In this document: in pieces, positions 1 through 9,136 of the stretch
How positions within the stretch are numbered: the first letter of the stretch is position 1
Layout of the letters: each line of letters begins with the position of its first letter
Source: Candidatus Eiseniibacteriota bacterium
GTDB lineage: Bacteria; Eisenbacteria; RBG-16-71-46; JABDJR01
Length of the DNA stretch: 64,000 nt
Assembly: GCA_963762255.1 (NCBI GenBank)
Contig: CAVXKA010000002.1
Location: forward strand, 1,248,001 to 1,312,000
Direction: 5' to 3'
Notes under the pieces: model-generated
Seen by the model: only the letters and a program-made list of their open reading frames with translations
Databases searched by the model: none
Told to the model about the DNA's origin: nothing
Program-made: the position numbers and the translations under genes

Positions 1-781
1 CGAGGCCAAGGAGGTCTCCACAGACCCCGCCTGGGCTTCCGTGATGGTCCGTCTGCTGAGCGAGGCCGGGGTGGTGGAGGGAGACACGGTGGCGGTCCTG
101 ATCTCGTCCTCGTTTCCTGCGCTGGCGGTCGCCGCACTGGCCGGCCTGCACGAGCTGGGCGCCGTTCCGCTGGTGATGTCATCCGTCGGCGCCTCGTCGT
201 ACGGCGCGAACGTGCGCGGTGGAACATGGCTCGATTGGGAGCGCTGGCTGAGGAGCGACGGCGTGCTACAGGTTCGTTCCGCGCTGGTCACGCCTGGCGG
301 TGAAGACGATGTCGCAGCCGGCATGCCCGAGGAAGGCCGGACCTGGATCGAAGAGGCGGCGCAACGCAACGGCGCGGCTCTGCTGCGCCCGGCGTCGCTA
401 TCGGACGCCATCTCGATCCGGATGGCACTCCTGGAACGAACCCGGCCCCGGGCGATCATCAACATCGGAGGCGGCCAGGCGTCGCTGGGTGCCTGTCGAC
501 ACGCCGCGTCCTTGCCGGTCGGCTTGTGGGGGTCCACGCCGGCGTGCAATTGCCCGGATCGAGGGGTAATCACGCGGCTTTCCGAGCAGGGTGTGCCCGT
601 CATCCATCTCCTTCAGATCCGTCGGCTGGCCTCGCTATACGGGCTGGATCCCGAACCGGGCGGGCACCCCGCCTATCACGCGAACGTGACCATGCTCACT
701 CGCATACGTGGCGCGTGGATTCTGGCCGCTCTATCTGTCATACTTGTATCGTTGTTGATCTTCGGAAAGAGACCGCTATGA
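1..781 (+). CDS. Poly-gamma-glutamate system protein (PgsW/TIGR04332-like), 5'-truncated by the window edge
   Basis: Frame is open from position 2 (EAKEVSTDPAWASVMVRLL). Motifs SSSFPAL, SSVGASSYGAN, TWLDWE, INIGGG, GVPVIHLL and a C-terminal TM helix match my recollection of this family. Confidence 0.7.
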   Translation, partial: EAKEVSTDPAWASVMVRLLSEAGVVEGDTVAVLISSSFPALAVAALAGLHELGAVPLVMSSVGASSYGANVRGGTWLDWERWLRSDGVLQVRSALVTPGGEDDVAAGMPEEGRTWIEEAAQRNGAALLRPASLSDAISIRMALLERTRPRAIINIGGGQASLGACRHAASLPVGLWGSTPACNCPDRGVITRLSEQGVPVIHLLQIRRLASLYGLDPEPGGHPAYHANVTMLTRIRGAWILAALSVILVSLLIFGKRPL

Positions 782-2085
782 AAAAGAACCTGTTCCTCTT
801 CCTGGCCGTCTTGCTGACCGGCCTCGTGGCCTCGGGCGCTGAGGCCCAGGTGACGCAGTCCGGGGACCTCGCCGACCATATCGACTCCATCATCGCCGCC
901 ATGCCGACCACGAACGGCGGCGGTGAGTATCAGCAACCGAACGCGGAATCCCGCGCCATCTGGCGAGAGATCATCGATCACATCCTGGCCGGCGAGCTCG
1001 CCGAGGCGCATACCAAGGCCCTCACCAAGAACTACCAGGTCGTCGTGTACACCGATACCGAGAGCGAGGGCTCGCATGTCCACATCCTCCTGGAGCGGAC
1101 AGCCGGGTCGACTTCCCGCTACTGGGGGACCTTCCTGTTCAATCCCTCGCCGCTGCGCCCGAATTTCGTCATCCAGAGTCCACATCCGCGTTACGACTTG
1201 AACACCGGCTACCAAAGCGTGAGGGTCTACCTCTATACCGGTGCGCGTGCCTTCTTTGTGTCGGGCACGCATCGCTGCAACGGCATCAGCTATTCGCCGT
1301 GCAGCGGCACGACCACCGCCTGCAGCGAGACGTCGGAGCCCTACCGCTATTCGGACCAATGCCACGTCGTGGATTCGACGTTCCAGATCACGACGCAGGC
1401 CATGCTAGAAGAGAACCCCGATCTCATCATCCTTCAGCCCCACGGATACGGCCAAGGCACGGGCGACCCGGATCTCATCATCAGTAACGGCACCAGGCAC
1501 ATGCCGACCGGCACGGACTACGCCGTCGCGTTCCGCGACGCGATGCAGGACATCGACCCGACGCTCACGGCGAAGGTGGCGCACGTCGACCTGGATTGGA
1601 CCGAGTTGATCGCCACATGGAACACCCAGGGCCGACTGCTCAACGGGAGCTCGAATCCCTGCACCAGCTCCCCTTCGTCGGCAACGGGCCAGTTCGTGCA
1701 CATCGAACAGGCGAGAATCGGCCTGCGGGACACTGAGCAGAACTGGATGAAGCTGGCGCAGGCCGCGGCGGCCGTCATTCCGATGGATGCAACGGCGGTG
1801 CCGCCCGGCGAGACAACGCCCGTCGCCCGCATTCTCATGGTCTCGCCGAACCCGTCCGGTTCAGGGACTCGCATCGTATTCGAGATCGATCAGCCCGGCC
1901 GGGTCAAGGTCGATGTGTTCGACGTGGCCGGCCGGAGGGTAGCCTCGTTGGACGACGGTATGCGGCCGGCGGGAGTCCACCACGTCTCATGGGGCGCCGG
2001 GGGAGTGCCGTCCGGGATCTACTTCATCCACCTCAGTCACGACCAAGAGCTGCTGGACGTCCACAGGAGCGTCGTTCTCCATTGA
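778..2085 (+). CDS. Secreted protein: signal peptide, putative Zn-hydrolase-like domain, C-terminal FlgD-Ig/T9SS-like sorting domain
   Basis: ATG at 778 overlaps the upstream stop (ATGA). Signal peptide MKKNLFLFLAVLLTGLVASGAEA. C-terminus SPNP...VFDVAGRRVASL...SGIYFIHL. Internal QSPHPRYD, QPHG and VHIEQ motifs. Confidence 0.75.
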   Translation: MKKNLFLFLAVLLTGLVASGAEAQVTQSGDLADHIDSIIAAMPTTNGGGEYQQPNAESRAIWREIIDHILAGELAEAHTKALTKNYQVVVYTDTESEGSHVHILLERTAGSTSRYWGTFLFNPSPLRPNFVIQSPHPRYDLNTGYQSVRVYLYTGARAFFVSGTHRCNGISYSPCSGTTTACSETSEPYRYSDQCHVVDSTFQITTQAMLEENPDLIILQPHGYGQGTGDPDLIISNGTRHMPTGTDYAVAFRDAMQDIDPTLTAKVAHVDLDWTELIATWNTQGRLLNGSSNPCTSSPSSATGQFVHIEQARIGLRDTEQNWMKLAQAAAAVIPMDATAVPPGETTPVARILMVSPNPSGSGTRIVFEIDQPGRVKVDVFDVAGRRVASLDDGMRPAGVHHVSWGAGGVPSGIYFIHLSHDQELLDVHRSVVLH

Positions 2086-2277
2086 GTTCCGGAGATTTCC
2101 GGGATTGAATCAGCCTGTGCCCTACCAACCCGCACCTCCGGAATCCGCGGCCAAGCAAATCTCAGAGCGCAACGGCGATGGACGACGCGCCGGAAGCAGT
2201 CAGCCGGGACTGCCGGTCTCTAGCGGGACTCGCAGTAAGGTCGGACACAAGCTACCTTTCGCGCCCTCCGCTCGCCG

Positions 2278-3756
2278 TTAGACCGCCGCTGACGGGTTTG
2301 ACGAGATCCCGGAGTGTTTGGTCTTCTGGTAGTACGCAATCATGCCCAGCGTGGAGATGAACCCTACCGCGCCCAGGATGACCCAGACTCTCCAGGGCTG
2401 GCCGATGTCCCACAGCAGGGCCGTCGCCTCTTCCATGGTCCCGCCCTGGCCGCCGTTGAGCATGGAGGTCATGGTCTCCATGACCTTCTCTTGCGGGATC
2501 TTCGCCACCTCTGCGGCCGACATGCCGAGGGTGTCGACGAGGTACTGGCGCGCGAAGTGGATCTTGCTCCCCAAGTGGTCGTACAGCGGCCCGGAGAGGA
2601 TGTTGCCCAACCCCCAACCCACGGCGAAGGGGATGTTGGAGTACCCCATGTACGCGGCCTTCTTCTCCGGCGGAGCAGTCAGGCCGATGTACTCCGAAAA
2701 CTTGGGGCTGCACATCATCTCGCCGACGGCGAAGACGAAGATCGCCAAGGCGACCATCAGGCCGGTCGTGAAGCAGCCCGCGCTGACGAAGGCAACCAGG
2801 GAGACCAGCATGCCGCCGATGAGGGCGATCATCGGGTGCCGCTTGCCGGTCAGCCACGCGACGAGCAGCATGAACGCGATGATGGCGGCGCTGTCGATGT
2901 TGATCAGGATCTCCGGCTTGACGTTGCCGCTCGCCAGCAGCCAGCCCGGGTTCAGAGACGACACGAAGCCGGCGATGTCCCGCGAATTCACCCATTCGTC
3001 GATGAAATTGGGGAGAAGATCCCACAGTTGCATGAACATGAACCAAAAGCCGCTGAAGATGCCCAGGAAGATGAGGAAGTTCTTGTCCTTCAGCGTGGCG
3101 AGAGTGTCCATGAACGTCTGCGCGGGAGACTTGTACTTGCTAGGGCCGACCCTCTCCGGCTCCTTATAGAAGAAGATCGTGGGAATGAAGTTGAAAGCGG
3201 TCACCCCCGCGGCGCAGAAGAACACCAACTTGAAGTTGGTTTCGCCCCTGAGCTGGGCGGCCAGCATGGGGGCCAGGAAGCCGCCCAGGTTGACCATCCA
3301 ATAGAAGATGCCCCAGGCAATGGAGCTATTCTCCTCGGTGGAAGCCTTGGCGATGGTGCCCTGCACGGGAGGTTTGAAGATGGCGGTGCCCAGTCCCACC
3401 AGGCAGGCGGCTCCCAGGGCTCCCCAGAAACCCGTCGCGTAGGCGAAGGCGAGATAGCCCAGGATGTTGATGGTGTACGCGATGTACAGGCTCTTCTTGT
3501 ACCCGTACTGATCGGTAAAGCCGCCGGAGATCATGGGCACGAGGCATTGCACGGCGGCCCAGACACCGAAGATAGTGCCCTTTGCCGAGTAGCTCAGCCC
3601 CATACCGCCCTGGGCCACGGCGTAGACCATGCACAGCGGCAGCACGGCGCGCACCCCGAAGAACGCCAGCCGCTCGTTGGCTTCCAGCCAGTTGGCAAAC
3701 CAGAAGTTGGGCCTCAGCCCGCGAATCTGCTTCCGAACCGGGACCTTGGTGGGCAT
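2278..3756 (-). CDS. MFS transporter, POT/peptide-transporter-like
   Basis: About 12 hydrophobic segments; ExxER-like motif (EANERLAFFG), GGFTDQYG, FKPPVQGTI, FYWMVNLGGF. Confidence 0.85.
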   Translation of the reverse strand: MPTKVPVRKQIRGLRPNFWFANWLEANERLAFFGVRAVLPLCMVYAVAQGGMGLSYSAKGTIFGVWAAVQCLVPMISGGFTDQYGYKKSLYIAYTINILGYLAFAYATGFWGALGAACLVGLGTAIFKPPVQGTIAKASTEENSSIAWGIFYWMVNLGGFLAPMLAAQLRGETNFKLVFFCAAGVTAFNFIPTIFFYKEPERVGPSKYKSPAQTFMDTLATLKDKNFLIFLGIFSGFWFMFMQLWDLLPNFIDEWVNSRDIAGFVSSLNPGWLLASGNVKPEILINIDSAAIIAFMLLVAWLTGKRHPMIALIGGMLVSLVAFVSAGCFTTGLMVALAIFVFAVGEMMCSPKFSEYIGLTAPPEKKAAYMGYSNIPFAVGWGLGNILSGPLYDHLGSKIHFARQYLVDTLGMSAAEVAKIPQEKVMETMTSMLNGGQGGTMEEATALLWDIGQPWRVWVILGAVGFISTLGMIAYYQKTKHSGISSNPSAAV

Positions 3757-3809
3757 TGGACCTCCCGTGAAGATCTCAAGGCATCAGAACTGTAAGGGGC
3801 CTGCGGGCC

Positions 3810-5660
3810 TCATACCCAGCGGACGCCGAGAATGAGGAGGATGGCCACGACAACCATCATCAACCCTTCACCGGCGATAAGGCCCGATGCAAGCGATGCA
3901 CCGTACCTATCCACCGCATCGGGGTTCCTGCTCTTGTAGATGCTCGTGAGCAACGCGCCCAGCCACATGGCCATGGCCGAGTACGGGGTGACCATGAACG
4001 CGATGCCGAGCGCTATCGGAGAAGGCAGCCACTTGGCCAAGCGCTTGACCTTGGCGAGGAGCGGTATCAGCACGCCGACGACGGCCCCGACCAAGGCGGC
4101 AGGCATCGCGCCCGCGGGCAACGAGGAGAGCCCCTTGGCCAGCACTTCGGCCATGGCGTACCAGGCGCTGACCGCCGGGCCCGAGAAATCCTCCCCGGGA
4201 ATGACGTAAGCCGCCGTCAGCAGACGATAGACCGCGGCTGCCGTGAACACACCGACTACGACCCCGAAGAGCTGCGCGATCACCTGCCGACGGATCGACA
4301 CTTTCAGGACGTACCCCGCCTTGAGATCGTGCATGAGATCGCCCGCCTGGCTTGCGCCCGCGGCGGTCATACCGGCGGCCATGAGATTGGTCGGAATCCT
4401 CCCCGGATCGAGTGCGCCGTATACGGCCTGGGTGACCTTCCCCATCGCACCGACAGGATTGATGTCGGTCTCACCGGTCGCGCGCACGGCGATGCTGGCG
4501 ATGACGAACGACAAGAGCACGGCAACCACGCCCATCCAGATCGCTATTCCGAAATAGAGGTGAGCCAGCACCGTCGACAGCGTCGTCGCGAAGACCATCC
4601 CTACCGCCCACCACTTCATGGGGAAGGGGTCCGGCGCGTCATCCTCGTCCTCCGTAACCTGGGCCTTCTGGCCCTTGAGCAGCCTCTTGAACGAAGAGAA
4701 CGTGTGGCCGATGACCTTGTACTGCATTCCAAGGCTGGTGAACCCGGCGGTGACCATGCAGGCCACGCCGGGCCAGAGCACCCAGCGGAAGGCCGCGTTG
4801 TACACCGCGGCCTCCGTGGTGAAGGTGAGGGTACCGTTGTGGAACAGGATCGGCGCGATGATCCCCCACGCGAGAATCGAACCTCCAAACAGGGACCATC
4901 CCACCTTGGGGCCGACGAGAATGCCGGCACCGATCATCATGGGGGACATGTTGATCCCCATCTTGATCGCGACGAGAGTGATCCCGAGAATGCCCGCCGA
5001 GGTCCATCCGAGATCATCGAGAGAGAAGTTCTCGAACCGGCCCAGACCCAGCGGCTTGACGCTGTAGAGCGCCTTGATCAGGGCGGCAAGAAGCGCTGCG
5101 ACCATGAGAACGCGCGCCTTCTTGACCGCCTCCGCCCCGGAGGCGTACATGGCCTTGATGGTCTCGACCGCGGCGGTGCCGGTGGGATACTTCAACTTCT
5201 CGCGCACGACCATCTGCTTGCGGAGCGGAACGGCGAAGAAGACTCCGAGAAAGGCAACCGAGATCGCCCAGATCACGAGCTGGCCGTAGCTGAGATTGGC
5301 GCCCGTGCCGGGGTTGTTCTTGTAGTACAGCTCCAGAGCGGGAATGCACGCGACAAAGCCCCCCGCGGAAGCCATCGTGCCCGCGGCACTTCCCGCAGTG
5401 GCCGTGATGAGGTTCTCCTTCGCGCCGTATGGGGTCTTGAGGATCCCGGAGAGTCCGCGGAAGAGGGCGAACGAGATGACCGCCGCGGTGATGGAGGCGC
5501 CGAACGTCCAGCCGATCTTCAGACCGATGCAGACGTTGGACGCACCGATGAGGGAACCCACGAACAATCCCGAGATGACCGCGCGAAAGGTCAATTCCGA
5601 TGGAGTGCGCTCGAGGGAAGGCGTTACCCTGGGCTTGCTGGCGACCGTGTCGCGTGTCAT
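3810..5660 (-). CDS. OPT-family oligopeptide transporter
   Basis: ELTFRA, GLKIGW, KENLI, LKYPTGTA, GETDINP, DLKAG and ASGLIAGEG motifs typical of the OPT/YSL family. Confidence 0.9.
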   Translation of the reverse strand: MTRDTVASKPRVTPSLERTPSELTFRAVISGLFVGSLIGASNVCIGLKIGWTFGASITAAVISFALFRGLSGILKTPYGAKENLITATAGSAAGTMASAGGFVACIPALELYYKNNPGTGANLSYGQLVIWAISVAFLGVFFAVPLRKQMVVREKLKYPTGTAAVETIKAMYASGAEAVKKARVLMVAALLAALIKALYSVKPLGLGRFENFSLDDLGWTSAGILGITLVAIKMGINMSPMMIGAGILVGPKVGWSLFGGSILAWGIIAPILFHNGTLTFTTEAAVYNAAFRWVLWPGVACMVTAGFTSLGMQYKVIGHTFSSFKRLLKGQKAQVTEDEDDAPDPFPMKWWAVGMVFATTLSTVLAHLYFGIAIWMGVVAVLLSFVIASIAVRATGETDINPVGAMGKVTQAVYGALDPGRIPTNLMAAGMTAAGASQAGDLMHDLKAGYVLKVSIRRQVIAQLFGVVVGVFTAAAVYRLLTAAYVIPGEDFSGPAVSAWYAMAEVLAKGLSSLPAGAMPAALVGAVVGVLIPLLAKVKRLAKWLPSPIALGIAFMVTPYSAMAMWLGALLTSIYKSRNPDAVDRYGASLASGLIAGEGLMMVVVAILLILGVRWV

Positions 5661-5833
5661 GAAACCTCCGGTTCAAGCATGGCACTTCGTATCCCCGCGC
5701 ATGGGCAGATCTACCGGCGGCCCATTATACGGTCACCGGTCCCAATGGAACACTCCTCTCAGCGCCAGTCGCCCTCTGTTCGGTCACGGGCGCGGGCATT
5801 GTCGCGCCGTCGGCTTTGCATCACAATCGCCGC

Positions 5834-7264
5834 ATGAACTCAGGCACGCATGCCGCGCTCCGCGACTTGTATCGGCGCCGATTCGGTGCCGAACCCGAGC
5901 GGCTGGTTTCTCTTCACGGCGACGCCTCCAGCCGACGTCTCTTCCGCATCTCCGGTGCGGCCGGGTCGGCCATCGGCGTGCACGGCCCGGATCCGCTGGA
6001 GAACCGTGCCTTCCTGTCCTTCTCCCGGACATTCCGCGGTGCCGGGCTTCCTGTGCCCGAGATCTACGGTGACGACGCCGCTGCGGGGGTCTATCTGGAG
6101 GAGGACCTCGGCGACTCGACGCTCTTCGATGTCCTCAGCGCCGGGCGTCAGGGCCCTTCACCGGATGCCGCCACGGTCGCGGGCTATCGGGAAGCGCTGC
6201 GTCTGCTGCCACGGTTCCAGATCGAGGCGGGGCGAAACCTCGATTACACCGTTTGCTATCCACGAGCGAGTTTCGACCGCCAGTCCATGCTCTGGGACCT
6301 GAACTACTTCAAGTACTACTTTCTCAAGTTGGCCGGAATCCCGTTCAGCGAACAGACCCTGGAGGACGATTTCGAGCGCTTCGCCGAGATCCTGCTCTCG
6401 GCTCCCCGCGAGCACTTCCTCTACCGTGATTTTCAATCGCGAAACATCATGATCCGCGACGGCAAGCCATGGTTCATCGACTACCAGGGCGGCCGCCGGG
6501 GAGCGCTCCAATACGACGTTGCATCGATCTTGTTCGACGCGAAGGCCGACCTTCCCTTCGATCTGCGCGACGCCCTGCTCGAGGAGTACCTGCGGGCGGC
6601 CGAGGCGGTCGCGCCTCTCGACCGCGGAGCATTTCTCGCGTCGTATCCGTTTTATGCCTACGTCCGCATATTTCAGGCCCTCGGGGCGTACGGGCTGAGG
6701 GGCTACTACGAGCGTAAGGCGCGTTTCCTGCAGAGCATTCCCTATGCGATCCGAAACCTCGAGCGCCTGTCGATCGCCTCACCCCTTCCCGCCGAGCTTC
6801 CCGCCCTCGCTGAAGTCGTGCGGCGGCTCGTCGGCTCCTCGCGTCTGCGACAGATCGGAAACGCGTCGCTGGGGCTGACCGTGCGCGTGTCGAGCTTCTC
6901 CTATCGCGACGGACTGCCCGACGACGACTCCGGTCATGGGGGTGGATGGGTGTTCGACTGCCGGTTCCTTCCGAACCCCGGCCGAGAAGCCCGCTTTGCG
7001 CCTCTGACCGGCTGCGACGCAGCAGTCGCCGACTACCTGGGGGGCGAGCCGGCCGTGGGGGCATTCCTCGAGAAGGTGAGGGCGTTGGTGGACGATGCGG
7101 TGGACAACTACCGCAGTCGGAATTTCACCGACTTGAGCGTCGCCTTCGGTTGCACAGGCGGTCGCCACCGCTCGGTCTACTGCGCGGAGCGCCTCGCCGA
7201 GCATCTGCGGAGCCGCGCTGTGGCGGTGGAGCTCCGGCATCGGGAAATCGGAGGGGGACCGTGA
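5834..7264 (+). CDS. AmgK-like (APH-family) sugar phosphotransferase fused to a RapZ C-terminal domain
   Basis: GDASSRRLFR, EDLGD, YRDFQSRNIM, FIDYQG (kinase). C-terminus SFSY...FDCRFLPNP...AFGCTGGRHRSVY (RapZ-C). Confidence 0.85.
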   Translation: MNSGTHAALRDLYRRRFGAEPERLVSLHGDASSRRLFRISGAAGSAIGVHGPDPLENRAFLSFSRTFRGAGLPVPEIYGDDAAAGVYLEEDLGDSTLFDVLSAGRQGPSPDAATVAGYREALRLLPRFQIEAGRNLDYTVCYPRASFDRQSMLWDLNYFKYYFLKLAGIPFSEQTLEDDFERFAEILLSAPREHFLYRDFQSRNIMIRDGKPWFIDYQGGRRGALQYDVASILFDAKADLPFDLRDALLEEYLRAAEAVAPLDRGAFLASYPFYAYVRIFQALGAYGLRGYYERKARFLQSIPYAIRNLERLSIASPLPAELPALAEVVRRLVGSSRLRQIGNASLGLTVRVSSFSYRDGLPDDDSGHGGGWVFDCRFLPNPGREARFAPLTGCDAAVADYLGGEPAVGAFLEKVRALVDDAVDNYRSRNFTDLSVAFGCTGGRHRSVYCAERLAEHLRSRAVAVELRHREIGGGP

Positions 7265-7995
7265 AAGCGATGGTGTTCGCGGCCGGCGTCGGGAGCCGAC
7301 TGCGCCCCCTGACCGATCAGGTCCCGAAGGCCCTGATCGAAGTGGACGGTCATCCTCTGCTCGAGCATGTTCTGAACCGGTTGATGCGCTTCGGCGTCGA
7401 CTCCGCAGTGGTCAACGTCCACCATGAGCCGGACCGGATCGAGGCGTTTCTGCTGACGAGTCGCATCGGAATCCCGGTCGCGCTTTCGCGGGAGACCGAG
7501 CTTCTGGATACCGGCGGTGGGTTGAAGCACGCGGCGCCGCTCCTCGCGAGCGGGAACCCCTTCTTCATTCATAACGTGGATGTGCTGAGTGCGATCGACC
7601 TGGGCGCTCTGCTTGCGCAGCACACGGCGAGTGGCGCACTGGCAACGCTGGCGGTCCAGCCGCGACCGGCAGGCCGCGCCTTTCTGTTCGATCGGGGCGG
7701 GCGCCTGGCCGGGTGGGAGGAAGCTCCCGGCGGACGGCGCGAGTGGGCAGGCCCGCCCTCTCCTGATGTCGAGCGACTTGGTTTCTGCGGCATCCACGCG
7801 GCAGGTCCCGCGCTTCTGAGCCGGCTAAGCGAGTGCGGCGCGTTCCCGATCGTGAGCGCCTATCTGCGGCTCGCCCGCGAGGGCGCCAAGATCCAGGCGT
7901 TCCGGGCCGACGGAGTCTTCTGGGCGGACGTCGGCAATCCGGAGAAGCTCAAGGCCGTCCGGCGGCTGGCCGCCGAGGGGCGGTTGCCCGCGTAG
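7261..7995 (+). CDS. Sugar-1-phosphate nucleotidyltransferase, MurU-like
   Basis: GTG at 7261 overlaps the upstream stop. KAMVFAAGVGSRLRPLTD..PKAL, LDTGGGLK, HNVDV, WADVG; follows the amgK-like gene. Confidence 0.85.
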   Translation: MKAMVFAAGVGSRLRPLTDQVPKALIEVDGHPLLEHVLNRLMRFGVDSAVVNVHHEPDRIEAFLLTSRIGIPVALSRETELLDTGGGLKHAAPLLASGNPFFIHNVDVLSAIDLGALLAQHTASGALATLAVQPRPAGRAFLFDRGGRLAGWEEAPGGRREWAGPPSPDVERLGFCGIHAAGPALLSRLSECGAFPIVSAYLRLAREGAKIQAFRADGVFWADVGNPEKLKAVRRLAAEGRLPA

Positions 7996-8198
7996 CGAGG
8001 CTCAGGGTTCGCGCAGCATGGGACGCGAACGCCTCTTGGCTGGAGCAGGCGTCTACAGCAGACGGACGGGCTCCCAGATCTCCACGACGTGCCTGTGCTG
8101 TGGCGATGGACACGGGCGAGGTGCTCGCCACGAATTGTGCCCACGGTCACAATGTCTTCCATGCGGCGATTATACGTCGCCTCGCATGGTTCATCTCA

Positions 8199-8227
8199 GT
8201 GACTTCATGCGTGGCCTCTGCTATACT
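8199..8227 (+). promoter_or_regulatory. Putative sigma70 promoter of the 8260 gene
   Basis: GTGACT-N17-TATACT with an extended TGn; GGAGG SD just before the GTG at 8260. Confidence 0.5.
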
Positions 8228-8259
8228 AGAGGTTCTTCTCTGACGATGGGAGGTCAACC

Positions 8260-8916
8260 GTGCGCAGGTCCCGCCTGTTTCTCCCGCTTGTGCTCTTGAG
8301 CATTCTCTCTGTAGCCGAAGCCCGTTCCGGATCGGCCGCAGAAACTCAGTTGGACGTCACCTACTTGGGCACTGCTCAGGGTGAGCTGCGGTCCAAGGTG
8401 AGTATGACTAGTTCGTGGCATAGGTATATTACCTACACCGGGAGCTGGGCCGTCTGGAGCTTCGCAGGGGACTACCGTCGCGAAGGTCCCGGCCAGCCCT
8501 TCGGCATGTACTACAAATTTCAAGTCGTATCACAGGACTCCGCAGACGTCGAAGACCGTACCCCGGAGGGCATCTACAAGTCGAAGATCATCGTGAGACT
8601 GCAGACCGTTCAAGGGGAGCTGAGTCCCGGATCTCCCGTCGCATTCATGGAGCATTACCCCGCGATCAATGAGTACCGATGCTGCCTGCTGGTGGAGGAG
8701 CGTTTCTGGTGGAGAGTCGGATTGGAAATCCAGGAGTTCTGGACGGATGGAACCGATTTCTATCTCAGAGCGGGGGAGGCGCCTGATCAACCCGGGGAGT
8801 GCTTACCCTATGATTGTAGTGACACCGTCTGGTACTCGGACCTTGTGCTGTACACATCGGCGCCCGTATCGACCGAGGCCTCTACTTGGGGCCGCATCAA
8901 GAGCATGATGCGCTAG
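8260..8916 (+). CDS. Secreted hypothetical protein with C-terminal TWGxIK motif
   Basis: Signal peptide MRRSRLFLPLVLLSILSVAEA; ends APVSTEASTWGRIKSMMR; less GC-biased codons than its neighbours. Confidence 0.75.
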   Translation: MRRSRLFLPLVLLSILSVAEARSGSAAETQLDVTYLGTAQGELRSKVSMTSSWHRYITYTGSWAVWSFAGDYRREGPGQPFGMYYKFQVVSQDSADVEDRTPEGIYKSKIIVRLQTVQGELSPGSPVAFMEHYPAINEYRCCLLVEERFWWRVGLEIQEFWTDGTDFYLRAGEAPDQPGECLPYDCSDTVWYSDLVLYTSAPVSTEASTWGRIKSMMR

Positions 8917-9060
8917 GGTCGGCAATCGGCAAGGAGGTCTCACGGAAGGCGGCTGCACTCGCTTCGAGGCTTGCCCGATGGGAAGAGACCGTGCCTTTGC
9001 TCCCGGGGTGAATGCGCTCTTCGTGTTCACCGAGGATGAGACCACCCTATCACTTTTCGG

Positions 9061-9127
9061 TTGCCTGCCCGTCTCCCCCGCACGTACGCTGTTACTTCGA
9101 CCGTTGTCTAATTAGACGTCCATCGAA
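9061..9127 (+). promoter_or_regulatory. Promoter with tandem palindromic operator upstream of the ArsR-family gene
   Basis: TTGCCT-N18-TACGCT (9061-9090), then TTCGAC-N4-GTCTAA|TTAGAC-N4-ATCGAA (9096-9127) just before the SD/ATG. Confidence 0.6.
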
Positions 9128-9136
9128 GGAACAACT

